From positions 9,896,035-9,960,034 of the forward strand of contig NC_081369.1 of NCBI RefSeq assembly GCF_030684315.1: DNA of 64,000 bases, written 5' to 3'. Each line of letters begins with the position of its first letter. Position 1 is the first letter of the stretch. Of this stretch, positions 39,646 through 53,085 are shown piece by piece. Origin of the DNA: Stegostoma tigrinum (lineage: Eukaryota). The notes below the pieces were generated by a model. It made no database searches. It had not been told where the DNA came from and saw only the letters and a list, made by a program, of their open reading frames with translations. A program made the position numbers and the translations under genes.

Positions 39646-42059
39646 TGTATATTTCAAAATGTGCTGGAGTCAAAAGTAGGTTCAGAGTCTTTTTCCCACC
39701 ATCAAGCATTTCTACTGACACATAGTTAATATAAATGGAAAGTAAAATGTCATTAGCAGTGATACTGCTGGCATGAATAGCCAATCTGTATCGCTTAACA
39801 TGATTTGGAGTAGCCAGAACTAGTGCAGTTATCAATACAGCTTTTATTTTGTGGAATGTACTTAGACAGTGTTGTCAACTTAAATTTATTGCTATTTATT
39901 CAGAACCTTGTTAAAATAGTCAATAAGTCCGAAATTCAGAATAATATTTTCATAACATCTATGCATTCATTCTCTAGTTGTTCCAGCATTTTCATGTTCC
40001 TGTCAATTTCTTTCATCACTCTCATGAAACGTATACTGATAACTATTCCTGTCTCTTGTCATTACTCTTATCTCATGTTAATTGCCCTGGAAACCATGGA
40101 CTCTTAGCTTCTGAATTAGTCTTCTTTATGAGATCTTGTAAACACCTTGCAGAAGTGCATGTAAGCATGTCATTGCACAATCCTTATTTACACACTCCTT
40201 CATACCCTCAAAAAAAATCATTCAAATTTGTCAGACATGGTCTGCACCAAACTGAGCCCGGCTGGCTATAATTAATTATTCCATTCTTCCATAAGTCGTG
40301 AGTAAATATGTCATTCAGCAGTTTTTCCAATACTTAACTGACGATAGATCTTAAACTCACCAATTTTTTTGGATGTTCAAATGCTTTTTTCTCTCTTGAA
40401 TGCAAGTTAAATTTATTTCCTAACCACATAAGTATAATATTCTATGTAGTTTCTCGGTTTATCACGTCCAACCTTCTTGAATAATGGTACCATATTAGCC
40501 ATCCTCCAGTCTACTGACAGATTTGCTCTGGCAGAGAGCTTCCCTTGCCTCGCACAGCAGCTTTAGAGACATTTGACCCTGAGGATTTGTCTGCTTTCAA
40601 GGCCGCGAAAACGACCAATTCCTCCTTCTGCTCGATGTTGATTTCTTCAAGTATATTTTAGTTGTGAAAATGATCTTTCCTATAATTCAAAACATTTACT
40701 TCCGTTCCATCTCAATGTTTATCAATAATTCGCTTAAATTTCACTGAACTATGGTCATTAACATGGAAACCCTGCCCATTGCTACATCTACTACTTGCCC
40801 AAATTCATTGAAGAAAATTAATTCAAACACGCAACCAGTGCATACTCCCCCTCACCTATTGTATAATACACCTCTGCAAAGACATATCCACATTTTTTGT
40901 TTAAGTCCTACTTAAATGGGCGCTTCTTGAGCAACATTCTAAGATATCATCCTTACTGCAGTGACTGACTGATCAAAACTGAAATATCAACTCCTCTCTT
41001 GCAGCCCTTTCCCCTATCTTGCTAATGAATTCTGTAGCATGGAATATTGAGCAACCAGTCCCATTCTTCTCTCCACTATGATGTGGAGGTGCCGATGCTT
41101 GTATTTTCAAATAAACCTGTTGAACTATACCTTGGTGTAATGTAATTTCTAACTCTATCAACTATGTTTTCATAATGGCAATGATATAACATCTTCTTGC
41201 TTTAACCAACACCTTCAACTCAACCGCCTTACTTTTTCTCGTCCTTTATTTGGCTCTGTTACCTTCCTACACGTAAGATAGTCTCAATCTAAACAATGTC
41301 TAAATCTCCAATTTCCTTGTTAGTTTCCATATGAGCAATTGCACACTAGTAACTACATTTATGTGATATCATTGGCGCCCGCAAGAACCAGATATTTGAT
41401 GCCTAATGCTCTTCCAAATCAGTCTTAAGTGTTGGAAAATAGTTTTGGAATTTTTGCATAATTGTGATTTCCCTCATGGACTCAGGATGTTTCTCTAACT
41501 TCAGTGATTGAAACCATTTTATCATTACAGATTCTACATATAACTGATTGGTTGTCTTTATTCCCACAATAAAATCTGCCTTAATGTTTTCAAGAATAAA
41601 TTGCAAATATTTACTCTTGTTTGCCATTTTGAAGTTGCATAATGTGCACATCTCCTTTTTGCAAACTGGCATACATGTTCATTGTTGCACATGTTAAAAC
41701 ATCTTACGAAATTCAACTCAAAATATCATTCAATTTTTTTATTTTCCAGGACATGCCTACATATCATGCTAAATATCTTTTCACTCCAAATTCTACAATA
41801 ATTTTGAATACTTCAACACAAAATAATTTCACTTCTGAAGGAAGGTAACTGGACCTGAAATGTTAACGTCCGTTATCGCTACCGATGCTGCCAGACCTGT
41901 TAGTTTTTTTCAACAACTTTTGTTTTTCCTTTCCGATTTCCAGCATCTGCAGTTCTTTGCTTTTTTTTGCAAAATAATTTCATTATCCTCATATTTTGAC
42001 CTGTTCATCTGGGGATCAAACTTTATTGAGTAAATCTCCTGTCAACTTACTTCGCTATA

Positions 42060-42290
42060 AAAACCGAAAGAACTGCAGATGCTGGAAACCAAGAGCAAAA
42101 AAAAAATGCTGGAAAAGTTCAACAGGTCTGGCAACATCTGTGAAGAAAATATAACGTTAACGTTCCGGTCCAGTGACCCTTCCTCAGAACTTTTCTGAGG
42201 AAGGGTTTCCGGACCCGAAACGTTAACTCTAATCTTTTTCTTCACAGATGTTGCCAGACCTGCTCAGCTTTTCCAGCAACTTTAGTTTTG
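42060..42290. mobile_element. Palindromic double-hammerhead Penelope-terminus element
   Basis: Inverted repeat centred at ~42190: …gacccttcctcagaa ctt ttctgaggaagggtttccggacccgaaacgttaac…. Confidence 0.8.
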
Positions 42291-42291
42291 T

Positions 42292-42510
42292 GCCTTCTTC
42301 GCCAGGTGTCCTGTGCAGAGCATCAAGGTTTTACCCAGAAGATCGCAATGTGCCTCACTAGCGTAAGGACAAGGCTAACACTGGAACTGGGGTTCTATTA
42401 ATCAGCGCACTTTGGAGACAAGTTGAAAGTCAAAACTGTTTTCCAGCGTTAATCATTCCGCAGCGGAGTGACACGCAGCTGCGATTTATCGCATGCTCCT
42501 CTTCAGATTT
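42292..42510 (+). pseudogene. Degenerate C1-set exon relic
   Basis: PSSPGVLCRASRFYPEDRNVPH* then, after a frame change, VTRSCDLSHAPLQ. These match CxASxFYP and xSCxVSHxxL. Confidence 0.55.
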
Positions 42511-43041
42511 CGAGTCAACTTTTTTAAAATTGGCTTTTAAAAATATTTTTAAACATGTTTATCTGTGAAAGGTTAGGCATAGATTATGACCTTCATCATT
42601 CATTGTTTTCCAATAAACCAGCGAAGGCGCCTTAACAGACAAACCACAATGGACAACTTGAAAGCAATGACTTATAAGTAATGAATGAGGCAAGAGAAAC
42701 ATTCATTTCCGCCAGTTACATCTGCAGGTCAACACTTGCTCACAAGGGAATGGCAACCTCTTCTGGTCAGCGTGCTTTAGCATTCAGCGAAGACATTTGA
42801 ATGATGTCCACGATTTGGAGAAATAAAGAGGCCTCACCTTATTTCACTAACAGCCAACGGAAATTTTCGGATTTATTGATACTAACTTGCCAACTGCCTT
42901 GATATCCGACTAATGTTTTTTAACTGAAAAAAAATCATATTATCCCTTTCACATTTTCTGGATTTCCCGAAGCAGTTGCAGTCACCTTCTTATGTGCAGT
43001 CACAGCTGTGATGTAGGAGACGCCACAGCCAATTCGCGCAG

Positions 43042-43045
<4 letters not shown>

Positions 43046-43082
<37 letters not shown>

Positions 43083-43131
43083 AAGTGTGTGTGAGAGAGA
43101 GATAGAGGGAGAGTGACAAAGAGAGAGAGAG
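43046..43131. repeat. (GT)n/(GA)n compound microsatellite
   Basis: Directly visible in the sequence. Confidence 0.95.
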
Positions 43132-43399
43132 ATGCTGAGTGAATAGTCGAGATTGAAGACGCTCAGTTTAAAGCCTTAGCTCTACGTTAAGTTCTTCACG
43201 TTAACGCGGGGGGTTGGATGGGGACTTCGCTTAACATTGCTTCCGAAAAGCACGGCATCCGATAGCAGCAGCTGCTCAGTCCTGCACTGACATATCAACT
43301 TAGATTCTACTGATCTAGTCTTGAAATGGCGCTCTCACCATACTTGTCCTTAGACAAGGGTAAGGTTATCACCATCTGATCAGCGGCAAGGCATTCAAA

Positions 43400-46300
43400 T
43401 CAATTTAAAGAAGAACCAAGCAAGAAGTTGGTTTGAAGTGTGTCTACTTCAACACCAGGAGCATCCGGAATAAGGTGGGTGAACTCGCAGCATGGGTTAG
43501 TACCTGGGACTTCGATGTTGTGGCCATTTCGGAGACATGGATAGAGCAGGGACAGGAATGGTTGTTGCAGGTTCCGGGATTTAGATGTTTCAGTAAGAAC
43601 AGAGAAGATGGTAAAAAAAAAGGGGTTGGTGGGGGGAGGTGTGGTGGTTTTGGTCAAGGACAGTATTACAGTTGTAGAAAGGATGTATGGGGACTCGTCA
43701 AGTGAGGTAGTATGGGCTGAGGTTAGAAACAGGAAAGGAGAGGTCACCCTGTTGGGAGTTTTCTATAGGCCTCCGAATAGTTCCAGATATGTAGAGGAAA
43801 GGATAGCAAAGATGATTCTCAATAGGAGTGAGAGAGACAGGGTAGTTGTCGTGGGGGACTTCAACTTTCCAAGTGTTGACTGGGAACACTATAGTTCGAG
43901 TGCTATAGATGGGTCAGTTTTTGTCCAGTGTGTGCAGGAGGGCTTCATGACACAGTATGTAGATAGGCCAACAAGGGGCAAAGCCACATTAGATTTGGTA
44001 CTGGGTAATGAGCCCGGCCAGGTGTTAGATTTGGAAGGAGGTGAGCACTTTGGTGATAGCCATCACAATTCTGTTATGTTTACTTTAGTGATGGAAAGGG
44101 ACAGGTGTATACCACTAGGCAAGAGTTATAGCTGGGGGAAAGGCAATTATGATGAGATTAGAGATAATGGGAACTGCAGATGCTGGAGAATTCCAAGATA
44201 ATCAAATGTGAGGCTGGATGAACACAGCAGGCCAAGCAGCATCTCAGGAGCACAAAAGCTGACCTTTTGGGCCTAGACCCTTCATCAGAGAGGGGGATGG
44301 GGAGAGGGAGCTGGAATAAATAGGGAGAGAGGGGGAGGCGGACCGAAGATGGAGAGTAAAGAAGATGAGATTAGGCAAGATTTAGGGAGCATAGGATGGG
44401 GAAGGAAACTGCAGGAGATGGGCATATGAGAAATGTGGAGCCTATTCAAGAAAAAGCTTCTATGTGTCCTAGATAAATATATACCTGTCAGGCAGGGAGG
44501 AAGCTGTAGAGTGCGGGAGCCGTGGTTTACGAAGGAAGTGGAATCGCTGGTCAAGAGGAAGAAGACGGCTTATGTCAGGATGAGTTGTGAAGGTTCAGTT
44601 CGGGCGCTTGAGGGCTACGAGGTAGTCAGGAAAGGCCTAAAGAGAGAGCTCAGGAGACCCAGGAGGAGACATGAGAAGTTGTTGGCAGATAGGATCAGGG
44701 TAAACCCTAAGGCTTTCTATAGGTATTTAAGAAATAAAAGGATGACGAAAGTAAGATTAGGGCCAATCAAGGATAGTAGTGGGAAGTTGTGTGTGGAGTC
44801 AGAGGAGATAGGGGAAGCGCTAAATGAATATTTTTCAACAGTATTCACTCTAGAAAACGACAATGTTGTCGAGGAGAATACTGAGATACAGGCTACTAGA
44901 CTAGGTGGGATTGAGGTTCACACAGAAGAGGTATTGGAAATCCTACAGAGTGTGAAGATAGATAAGTCCCCTGGGCCGGACAGGACTTATCCTACGATCC
45001 TCTGGGAAGCCAGGGAGGAGATTGCCGATCTTTGGCATTGATCTTTAACTCATCATTGTCTACAGGAACAGTGCCAGACGACTGGAGGAGAGCAAATGTG
45101 GTTCCCCTGTTCAAGAAGGGGAGTAGAGACAACCCTGGTAATTATAGGCCAGTGAGCCTTACCTCAGTTGTTGGTAAAGTGTTGGAAAAGGTTATAAGAG
45201 TTAGGATTTATAATCATCTAGAAAATAATAAATTGATTAGGGATAGTCAGCACGATTTTGTGAAGGGTAGGTGGTGCCTCACAAACCTTATTGAGTTCTT
45301 TGAGAAGGTGACCAAACAGGTAGATGGGAGTAAACCAGTTGATGTGGTGTATATGGATTTCAGCAAGGCATTCGATAAGGTTCCTCACAGTAGGCTATTG
45401 TACAAAATGCGGAGGAATGGGATTGTGGGAGATACAGCAGTTTGGATCGGAAATTGGCTTGCTGAAAGAAGACAGAGGGTGGTCGTCGATGGGAAATGTT
45501 CATCCTGGAGACCAGTTATTAGTGGTGTAGTGCAAGGGTCGGTGTTGGGTCCACTGCTGTTCGTCATTTTTATAAATGACCTGGATGAGGGCGTAGAAGT
45601 ATGGGTTAGTAAATTTGCAGACGACACTAAGGTCGGTGGAGTTGTGAATAGTGACGAAGGATGCTGTAGGTTGCAGAGAGACATAGATAAGCTGCAGAGC
45701 TGGGCTGAGAGGTGGCAAATGGAGTTTAATGTGGACAAGTATGAGGTGATGCACTTTGGTAGGAGTAACCGGAAGGCAAAGTACTGGGCAAGTGGTAAGA
45801 TTCTTGGTAGTGTAGATGAGCAGAGAGATCTCATTGTCCATGTACACAGATCCTTTGAAGTTGCCACCCAGGTTGACAGGGCTGTTCAGAAGGCATAAAG
45901 TGTTTTAGCTTTTATTAATGGAGGGATCGAGTTCCGGAACCAAGAGGTTATGCTGCAGCTATACAAAACTCTGGTGCAGCCGCACTTGGAGTATTGTGTA
46001 CAGTTCTGGTCACTGCATTATAAGAAGGATGTGGAAGCTTTGGAAAGGATGCAGAGGAGATTTACTAGGATGTTGCCTGGTATGGAGGGAAGGTCTTACG
46101 AGGAAAGGCTGAGGGACTTGAGCCTGTTTTCGTTAGAGAGAAGAAGGTTGAGAGGTGACTTAATTGAGACATATAAAATAATCAGAGGGTTAGATAGGGT
46201 CGATAGGGAGAGCCTTTTTCCTTGGATGGTGACGGCGAGCACGAGGAGATAGCTTTAAATTGACGGGTGAAAGATATAGGACGGATGTCAGAGGTAGTTT

Positions 46301-46503
46301 CTTTACTCAGAGAGTAGTAAGGGAATGGAACGCTTTGCCAGAAATGGTAGTAGATTCTCCAACTTCAGGTACATTTAAATCGTCATTGAATAAGCATATG
46401 GACGTACATGGAATAGTGTAGGTTAGATGGCCTTCAGATCGGTATGACAGGTCGACACAGCATCGAGGGCTGAAGGGCCTGTAATGTTCTATAATTCTAT
46501 AAG
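43400..46503 (+). mobile_element. CR1 LINE, near-complete ORF2 (APE endonuclease + RT), disrupted
   Basis: YFNTRSIRNK, ISETW, YRPPNS, GDFNFP, LDLVL, NYRPVSLTS, DFSKAFD, QGSVLGP, KFADDTK. Frameshifts and stops; (ttctataa)n tail. Confidence 0.95.
44162..44363 (-). mobile_element. Penelope 3'-end insert nested in the CR1
   Basis: 11-bp TSD gatgagattag at 44151-44161 and 44364-44374. Confidence 0.92.
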
Positions 46504-48662
46504 AATCAAAACCTACGGATGACCCGATCAACTAAATTGGTACTAGGAAAAGATCTGACTGGGTGGTTCATTCCAGAAAAAAAAGTTTCCACTGTTATGG
46601 AATGCAAAACTAGACGACATTCTCATAAATAGTTATAGCGAAATCAAAAAGTGAGTTTAACATGCATACAAAATATAAAGAAACGAAAGGACATGCAAAT
46701 TGCATCAGACATGGTTGGTAGGGAGGAGCAAAATTGCCAGAATATATCAGAAAGGCTGAATAATCTATGCTTATGTTGTAGACTGCATGTGATTGCCAGT
46801 TATGAAAAGCAAAACATGCCCAGATCATACAATGGGCTGCCACGAAAGGGCAAATTAACTTTTCAATCATAGCCCTTCATCAGGCCTGGAAAATTACGAA
46901 ACTGATCATAAACTACAACTTACATTTAAATAAGTGGGTTGGAAACACAAAGATGCAACAGTATTTCCTACAGTATTATACAAAATCAAACTCTGTCAAA
47001 AATGTGGATAGAAAAAGAGAGATGAAAGATGCTTACTTTAGGTGGATTTAAAGAAGAATTCTCATTGAAAGAGAAGAATAGAGAATAGAGACGTTTTGGG
47101 GGAGGATATTGGAACATGGAATCGAGGCAGTGGTGGCAAAGGTCTGGGAGCGTACAATGTTCCACAGATAGTAGAACAGGCGTGTGAAATTATTTGCTAA
47201 AGGGATACGGAGGTAGGCAATGATAAGGCCAAGAGGAAATTGACTTGAGTATCAGATTTTTAAGTTTTAGCAAATACTGCAGAGGAAACAGTTGTAGGTC
47301 GACCATGATTGGGGAGACGGGTGAGCACGATGTGGCGTCGAACTGCCTGTGGGCAGCAGAGTTTTAGAAGGAATAAATGTTCTTCGAATAGGTCGTTGCT
47401 GATGGTGTAATGTCTGCATTTGGTGATAACAGTTAAAACCTGGCTTGTTTAGTGGTGTAACTTTGTCAACAGACGGTTTCACATTTATTCCACACCATTT
47501 ACTTCTTTAACTTCGATTCGCTAATATTGGAATTTAGAGGAATGAGGTGTAATGAATGCAGGGAATGTTGCAGATATGTACCGAAACATTATCTCCAAAT
47601 AAGAGAATCCAGGGTCGCCATCACGGAGGAAGTAATTCCTCAATTTAGTTGGGCCACTGTGCTAGGATAGAAACCGGACTTACCACAGTATTATGAAAGG
47701 ACTTGGCACGAAATAAACGGAAAACTGATAGGAAAATAGCCACGGTGTATACGCGATGGGCTAGAATGGCCATTCCCATTTTACATTTCAGCATAACTCC
47801 CTTTGCATGTACATGTATGTGAATGTGTGCATAGCACTAAAGCAACTGCGACATTTGCGAGATGGAGCGACTTTGGCAGAATAAGGAGAAGGAACGCAGT
47901 CCGTGGCTGTGAATTTTATTTCTCTCTCCAAAATCATGCACCCATTGAGGAAAACCTAATCGATCCGGAAATGGGCTTCTAAGTCATCTGAAATCATATC
48001 TGACCTGACCTTTGTCATCCTCGGATCCAAGCGACTGCTCACACCGATGATGCGCGCGTCTACGTATCTGTATGTAATATCTCATGGTGTAAGTGTGCAC
48101 ATGCGTCTGCACGTGTCTGTGAGTTCTTGCAACATAACAGTAGTTCTACCTCCTTTGATTTGAAGTATTTTGAGCATGCAGGCTCCCATTACGATAAATA
48201 CAAGACATTCCATTTGTAAGTACGTGTGAATTTGCGTGCGTGCCGGTTTTGTGGCTGCATTTTTAACTTTATGTGCCTTTTTTGTAGTGCATGATGAAGT
48301 GAATGCATAAATCATCCCAAGACCAATTCATTCATTGCGTCATATGCTTTAATTTCGTTTGTAATCCTCGGTAATACTTTAAACGGCCCCTTCCCCCTCC
48401 CCGGACCACCACCCAACCCCTCCCATAGCCTAGGACATTGTCGCTGTTCTAATTTTGATCTCTTGTACAAGTTCAATTTTCTGTTTTCCAGCTGTCGCAG
48501 TCATAGCTTAAACTACAAGGGTCCTTCATTCTGAAAGCTCATCGTGAAACAAATTTGGTTTAATGGCCTGTTTTAAAACCTTCTGCTTTGATCAAGTTGT
48601 TTTCCTCAATAAGTTTGTTTGCTCAGTCCATAATGTACCCTGCCAATCGTCCTGATATTTAA

Positions 48663-48749
48663 GATAATAGAGTTTGGAGCTGGATGAACACAGCAGGCCA
48701 AGCAGCATCTCGGGAGCACAAAAGCTGACGTTTCGGGCCTAGACCCTTC
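48663..48749 (-). mobile_element. 87-bp Penelope terminus insert
   Basis: 9-bp TSD gatatttaa at 48654-48662 and 48750-48758. Confidence 0.88.
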
Positions 48750-49739
48750 GATATTTAATGAAGTTACAGGCGCGATATACATTTGACTCGCCGTACGTGT
48801 GTGCTTGTGTAGTTCTGCTTATGTGTGGGTGTGCCTGCGATCCTGTTTGCTCCTTTTATAAACGCTGTTTCTGTTTGTAACGCATTCTGCGTTGATGGAG
48901 CGATCTGACCACCCAAGCAACTATTTTCGATTCATGCTTCGGATGCGCGATTATAGCTGCTCAAGCTTGAATGTTTACAACATAATTATTTTTAAATAAA
49001 GGTGTTTTTTTTTACAGTTGAAGAGAATGGAAACACTTTGATGTCGAGCCGTTCTCAAGGTGTGCAAATTTAGCAATATTGCATATTCTCATTTTAGTTG
49101 AATAAGTGTAATTTTAAAAATGACCTTCAAGTCTCGCAATTGCCGAAGAGACCTTGTCAATTACGTTCTGCAAATTTTATATTGATCAATGTCGCAGCGC
49201 GCTAAATCCGAAAAACAAACGAAGCAATAGACTTCAGCAATTTTTGAAAGCTACATATTTAAAACACGTATCCCTCCTTGTCTGAGAGCGTCCTTTTTGG
49301 GCGGGGCTTGGGGGTCGTGAGTGAGGCGGCAATCTCTATAAATTACGGGGATACATCACTCTGCGCACCGATCTCTCCATTATTCTCAGCTGTATTTCCC
49401 GGCAAGTTCTCATTTTGCATAAAGTAATCCAGCATATTAGATTAAATATCCGAAGTGAGAGATGTCCTTCCTGGCGACTGCAAATAACACTGGTGAATCA
49501 GTGAATTCGAGCGAAAAAAATGCATCTGTGTAAGAAAGCGCAGTTACGGTTTCGAGTCCAGTGATCCTTTTTTCAGAACAAAAATAAATAAGTAGCTCGT
49601 TTCACCTCTTGAGATTCCAATAAGTTTTAGAACCAATTAAACGCTTAGCCGTGTTGCCAGCATTCTCATGAAGGAAGCAACACAGTCATGGTATTCACAA
49701 CAAAATACCACAACAGAAACATCACAGTGATCAGATACA

Positions 49740-49950
49740 AGAAAAACGCAAACAACTGCGGATGTTTGAGATCAGACAGAAAAACGAAAAATACCGGAAG
49801 ATAAAAGAACTCAGCAGGTCTGGCAGCATCCGTGGAGAGGATGCAGAACTGACGTTCTGAACAAGGGTCACTGGAACCAAGGTATCAGCTCTGCTTTCTC
49901 TGTACAGATATTTCCAGGCCTGCTAAGGTTTTCCAGCAATTTCTGATTCT
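49740..49950. mobile_element. Degenerate palindromic Penelope-terminus element
   Basis: aactcagcaggtctggcagcatccgtggagag … ctctgtacagatatttccaggcctgctaag inverted arms; central ttctgaacaagggtcactgg. Confidence 0.55.
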
Positions 49951-50589
49951 GGGTTGTAATTTGTAACTTGGTTTATATGAGGTTGATTCATGGATGAACT
50001 CCGCCTGGACGAGACCAGCAACAACAGTATGATTCTGGAAAATGCAACGAGGAACCCGTCCCTCCTGTTTCTGCGCGCACGCATTTCCTGTAAAGTGAAA
50101 GATGCAATTGGAACTATCAATATCACGGTGTATCATGATAGGATTCCACGGCCCTGGAAATCGACGTTATATCGATACAATCTCGAGACCAGAAGTGGAA
50201 CTCCCAGCAACCAATCTAGGTTCATGTCATGTTGGAGCAGGCCACCTTCAAGACTGAGGACTGTCAGGGAAATAGAAGTAACGTTCCCTGCTGAATAGCA
50301 GTTCAAAAGCTCAGTCCATTGTGACCCTCCCGTTGACCCGTCATAGTAATAGGAGCATAATGTACATCTAACAACTGGATATTCAAGAATGCTTCCTAAA
50401 TCGCAAATCCCAAATTGTTTGCAGATTTTCACTTATGCCACTTTGACGAAAGACTGACTGACCTACAATCATCTGTGGCATCTCATAATCTCAGTAATTA
50501 AACGCTCCAAAATCTGTCACACTGATTGGATCAGCAAATTTCGAAGAAATTGTGCGCACAATTTGCTCCATTCACAACAGCAGAAAACT

Positions 50590-53085
50590 CCCTCCCTCCA
50601 CTGACCCCTTCTCCCACCTCCAACAGAACTCCTGCTGGACACCACCCCAAGGCTCCTACCCTCCATCGACCTCTTCATCTTCAACTGCCGTCGTGACATC
50701 AATAACCGCAACCTCTCCAACCCTCACACCCACTCCAACCTCTCTCCCGTAGAACTTGCAGCCCTCCACTCCAAGCCCAACTGACCATAAAACCCTAGGG
50801 AGGCCCAATTGTAGCATCACACACTGACAACTACATCGCAGAGGTCAGGCGCCAAGTCTCCAATATCTCCTCCTACTGACCCCTTGACAATGACCCCACC
50901 CCTGAACACCAAACTATCATCTCCCAAGCCATCCACCACCTCATCACTTCAGATGACCTCCCACCCACAACCTCCAGACTCATCATTCCCCAATCCCACA
51001 CTGCCCGCTTCTATCTCCTTCCCAAAATCCACAAAACTGACAGCCCTGTTTGACCAATTGTCTCTGCCTTCTCCTGCCCCACCGAACACATCCCCATCTA
51101 TCTGGACTCCATTTTCTCCCCTTTGATCCAGGAACTCCCTACCTACATCGGTGACACCAACCACGCCCTCCACCTCCTCCAGAACTTCCAATTGCCTGGA
51201 CCCCAACATCTCATCTTTACCATGGATCTCCAGTCCCTATACACCTGCATTCCCTACACAGAAGGCCTAAAAGGCCCTCCGCTTCTTCCTGTCCCACAGG
51301 CCAGACCAGACCCCATCCCCCGACTGACACCCTCATCTACTTAGCCATATTCGTCCTCACACTCAACAATGTCTCTTTCGATTCCTCCCACTTCCTACAA
51401 ACAAAGTGGGTGGCCATGGGTGTCCGTGTGGGCCCAAGCTATGCCTGCCTCTTTGTAGGTTATGTGGAACAATCCCTCTTCCGTACCTACACCGGCCCTA
51501 AACCTCTCTTATTCCTCTGTAACGTTGATGACTGCATCAGTCCCGCCTCATGCTCCCACAGGAAGCTAAAACGGTTCATCTATTTCACCAACACCATCCA
51601 ACCCAACCTTAAGATCGCCTGGATCATCTCTGCTACCTCTCTCTCCTTCCTGGACCTCTCTGTCTCCATCTCTGGCAACCACCTTGAAACCAATATCCAT
51701 TTCAAGACCACCGACTCCCACAGCTACCTAGAATACACCTCCTCCCACTCACCTTCCTGCAAAAATGCCATTACCGATTCGCAATTCCTTCACCTCTGCT
51801 GCATCTGCTCCCAGGATGAGGCATTCCACTCCTGTACATCTCAGATGTCTTCGTTTTTCAAGGACTGCAACCTCCCCACTTCAGTGGTTGAGAATGCCCT
51901 TAACCGTGTCTTCCACAATTCCTGCAACTCATCCCACACACCCCCTCACCACAATAAAAACCAGAACAGAATCGCCCTCATCCTCATGCACCACCCCACC
52001 AGCCTTCGGATCCAATGCATCATCCTCTGACACTTCCGCCATCTGCAATCTGCCCCACCACCAAAGATACTTTTCCCTCCCCATCCTCATCTGCCTTCTG
52101 GAGGGACCACTCTTCCAATGACTCCCTTGTCCACTCCACACTCCCCTCCATTGCCACCACATCTGGCACTTTTCCCTGCAATCACAGGAAGTGCTCTACC
52201 TGCTCCTTAACATCCCCACTCACTCCTATTCCAGGCCCCCAGAAGGCTTTCCACATCAAGCTGATGCTCACCTGCACATCTGCTAATGTGGTATGATGCA
52301 TCCGCTGTTCCTGTTGTGGTCTCCTCTACATCGGGGAAACCAAGCGGAGGCTTGGGGACCACTTTGCAGAACATCTACGTTTGGTTCGCACTAAACATCT
52401 GCACTTCCCAGTCTCAAACCACTTCAACTCCACCTCCCATTCTGCAAATGACATGTCCATCCTGGGCCTTCTGCAGTGCCACGATGATGCTTCCCGAAGG
52501 TTGCAGAAACAGCAACTTATATTCAGCTTGGGAACCCTGCAGCCCAATGGTATCAATGTGGACTTCACAAGCTTCAAAATCTCCCCTTCCCCCACTGCAT
52601 CCCAAAACCAGCCCAGTTCTTCCCCACCTCCCTAGCCTGTCCTTCCTCCTACCTATTCCCTCCTTCCACCTCAACTGCACAAGCTTCAAAATATACCGTC
52701 CCCCTACCACATCCCAAAACCAGCCCAGCTCATCCCTGCCTCCCTAACGAGTCCTTCCTCCGACTTGTTCCCTCCTCCCACATCATGCCCCACTAACTAC
52801 TAACCTCGTCCCACCTCCCTGGACTGACCTACTTGCCCCTTACCTCTCCAACTACACTCACCTTTACCGGCTCAATGCCCGCCTCTTTGACAGGTCTATC
52901 TCCTGTACCTATCTTCTCCTCTATCCATCTTATATCTGCCTCCCCCTCTTTCCCTATTTATTTCAGAACCCTCTTCCCCTCCCCATTTCTGAAGCAGGGT
53001 CTAGACCCGAAACTTCAGCTTTCCTGCACCTATGATGCTGCTTGGCCTATTGTGTTCATCCAGCACTACTCCTTGTTGTCTCTCA
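50590..53085 (+). mobile_element. Degenerate Penelope-like element (RT + GIY-YIG, frameshifted)
   Basis: Homologous along its length to 15090-17530; terminus ctgaagcagggtctagacccgaaacttcagc. Confidence 0.92.

Noticed and set aside
49990-50298. 102-aa ORF
   Set aside because: No recognisable domain or exon boundaries; it lies between repeats.
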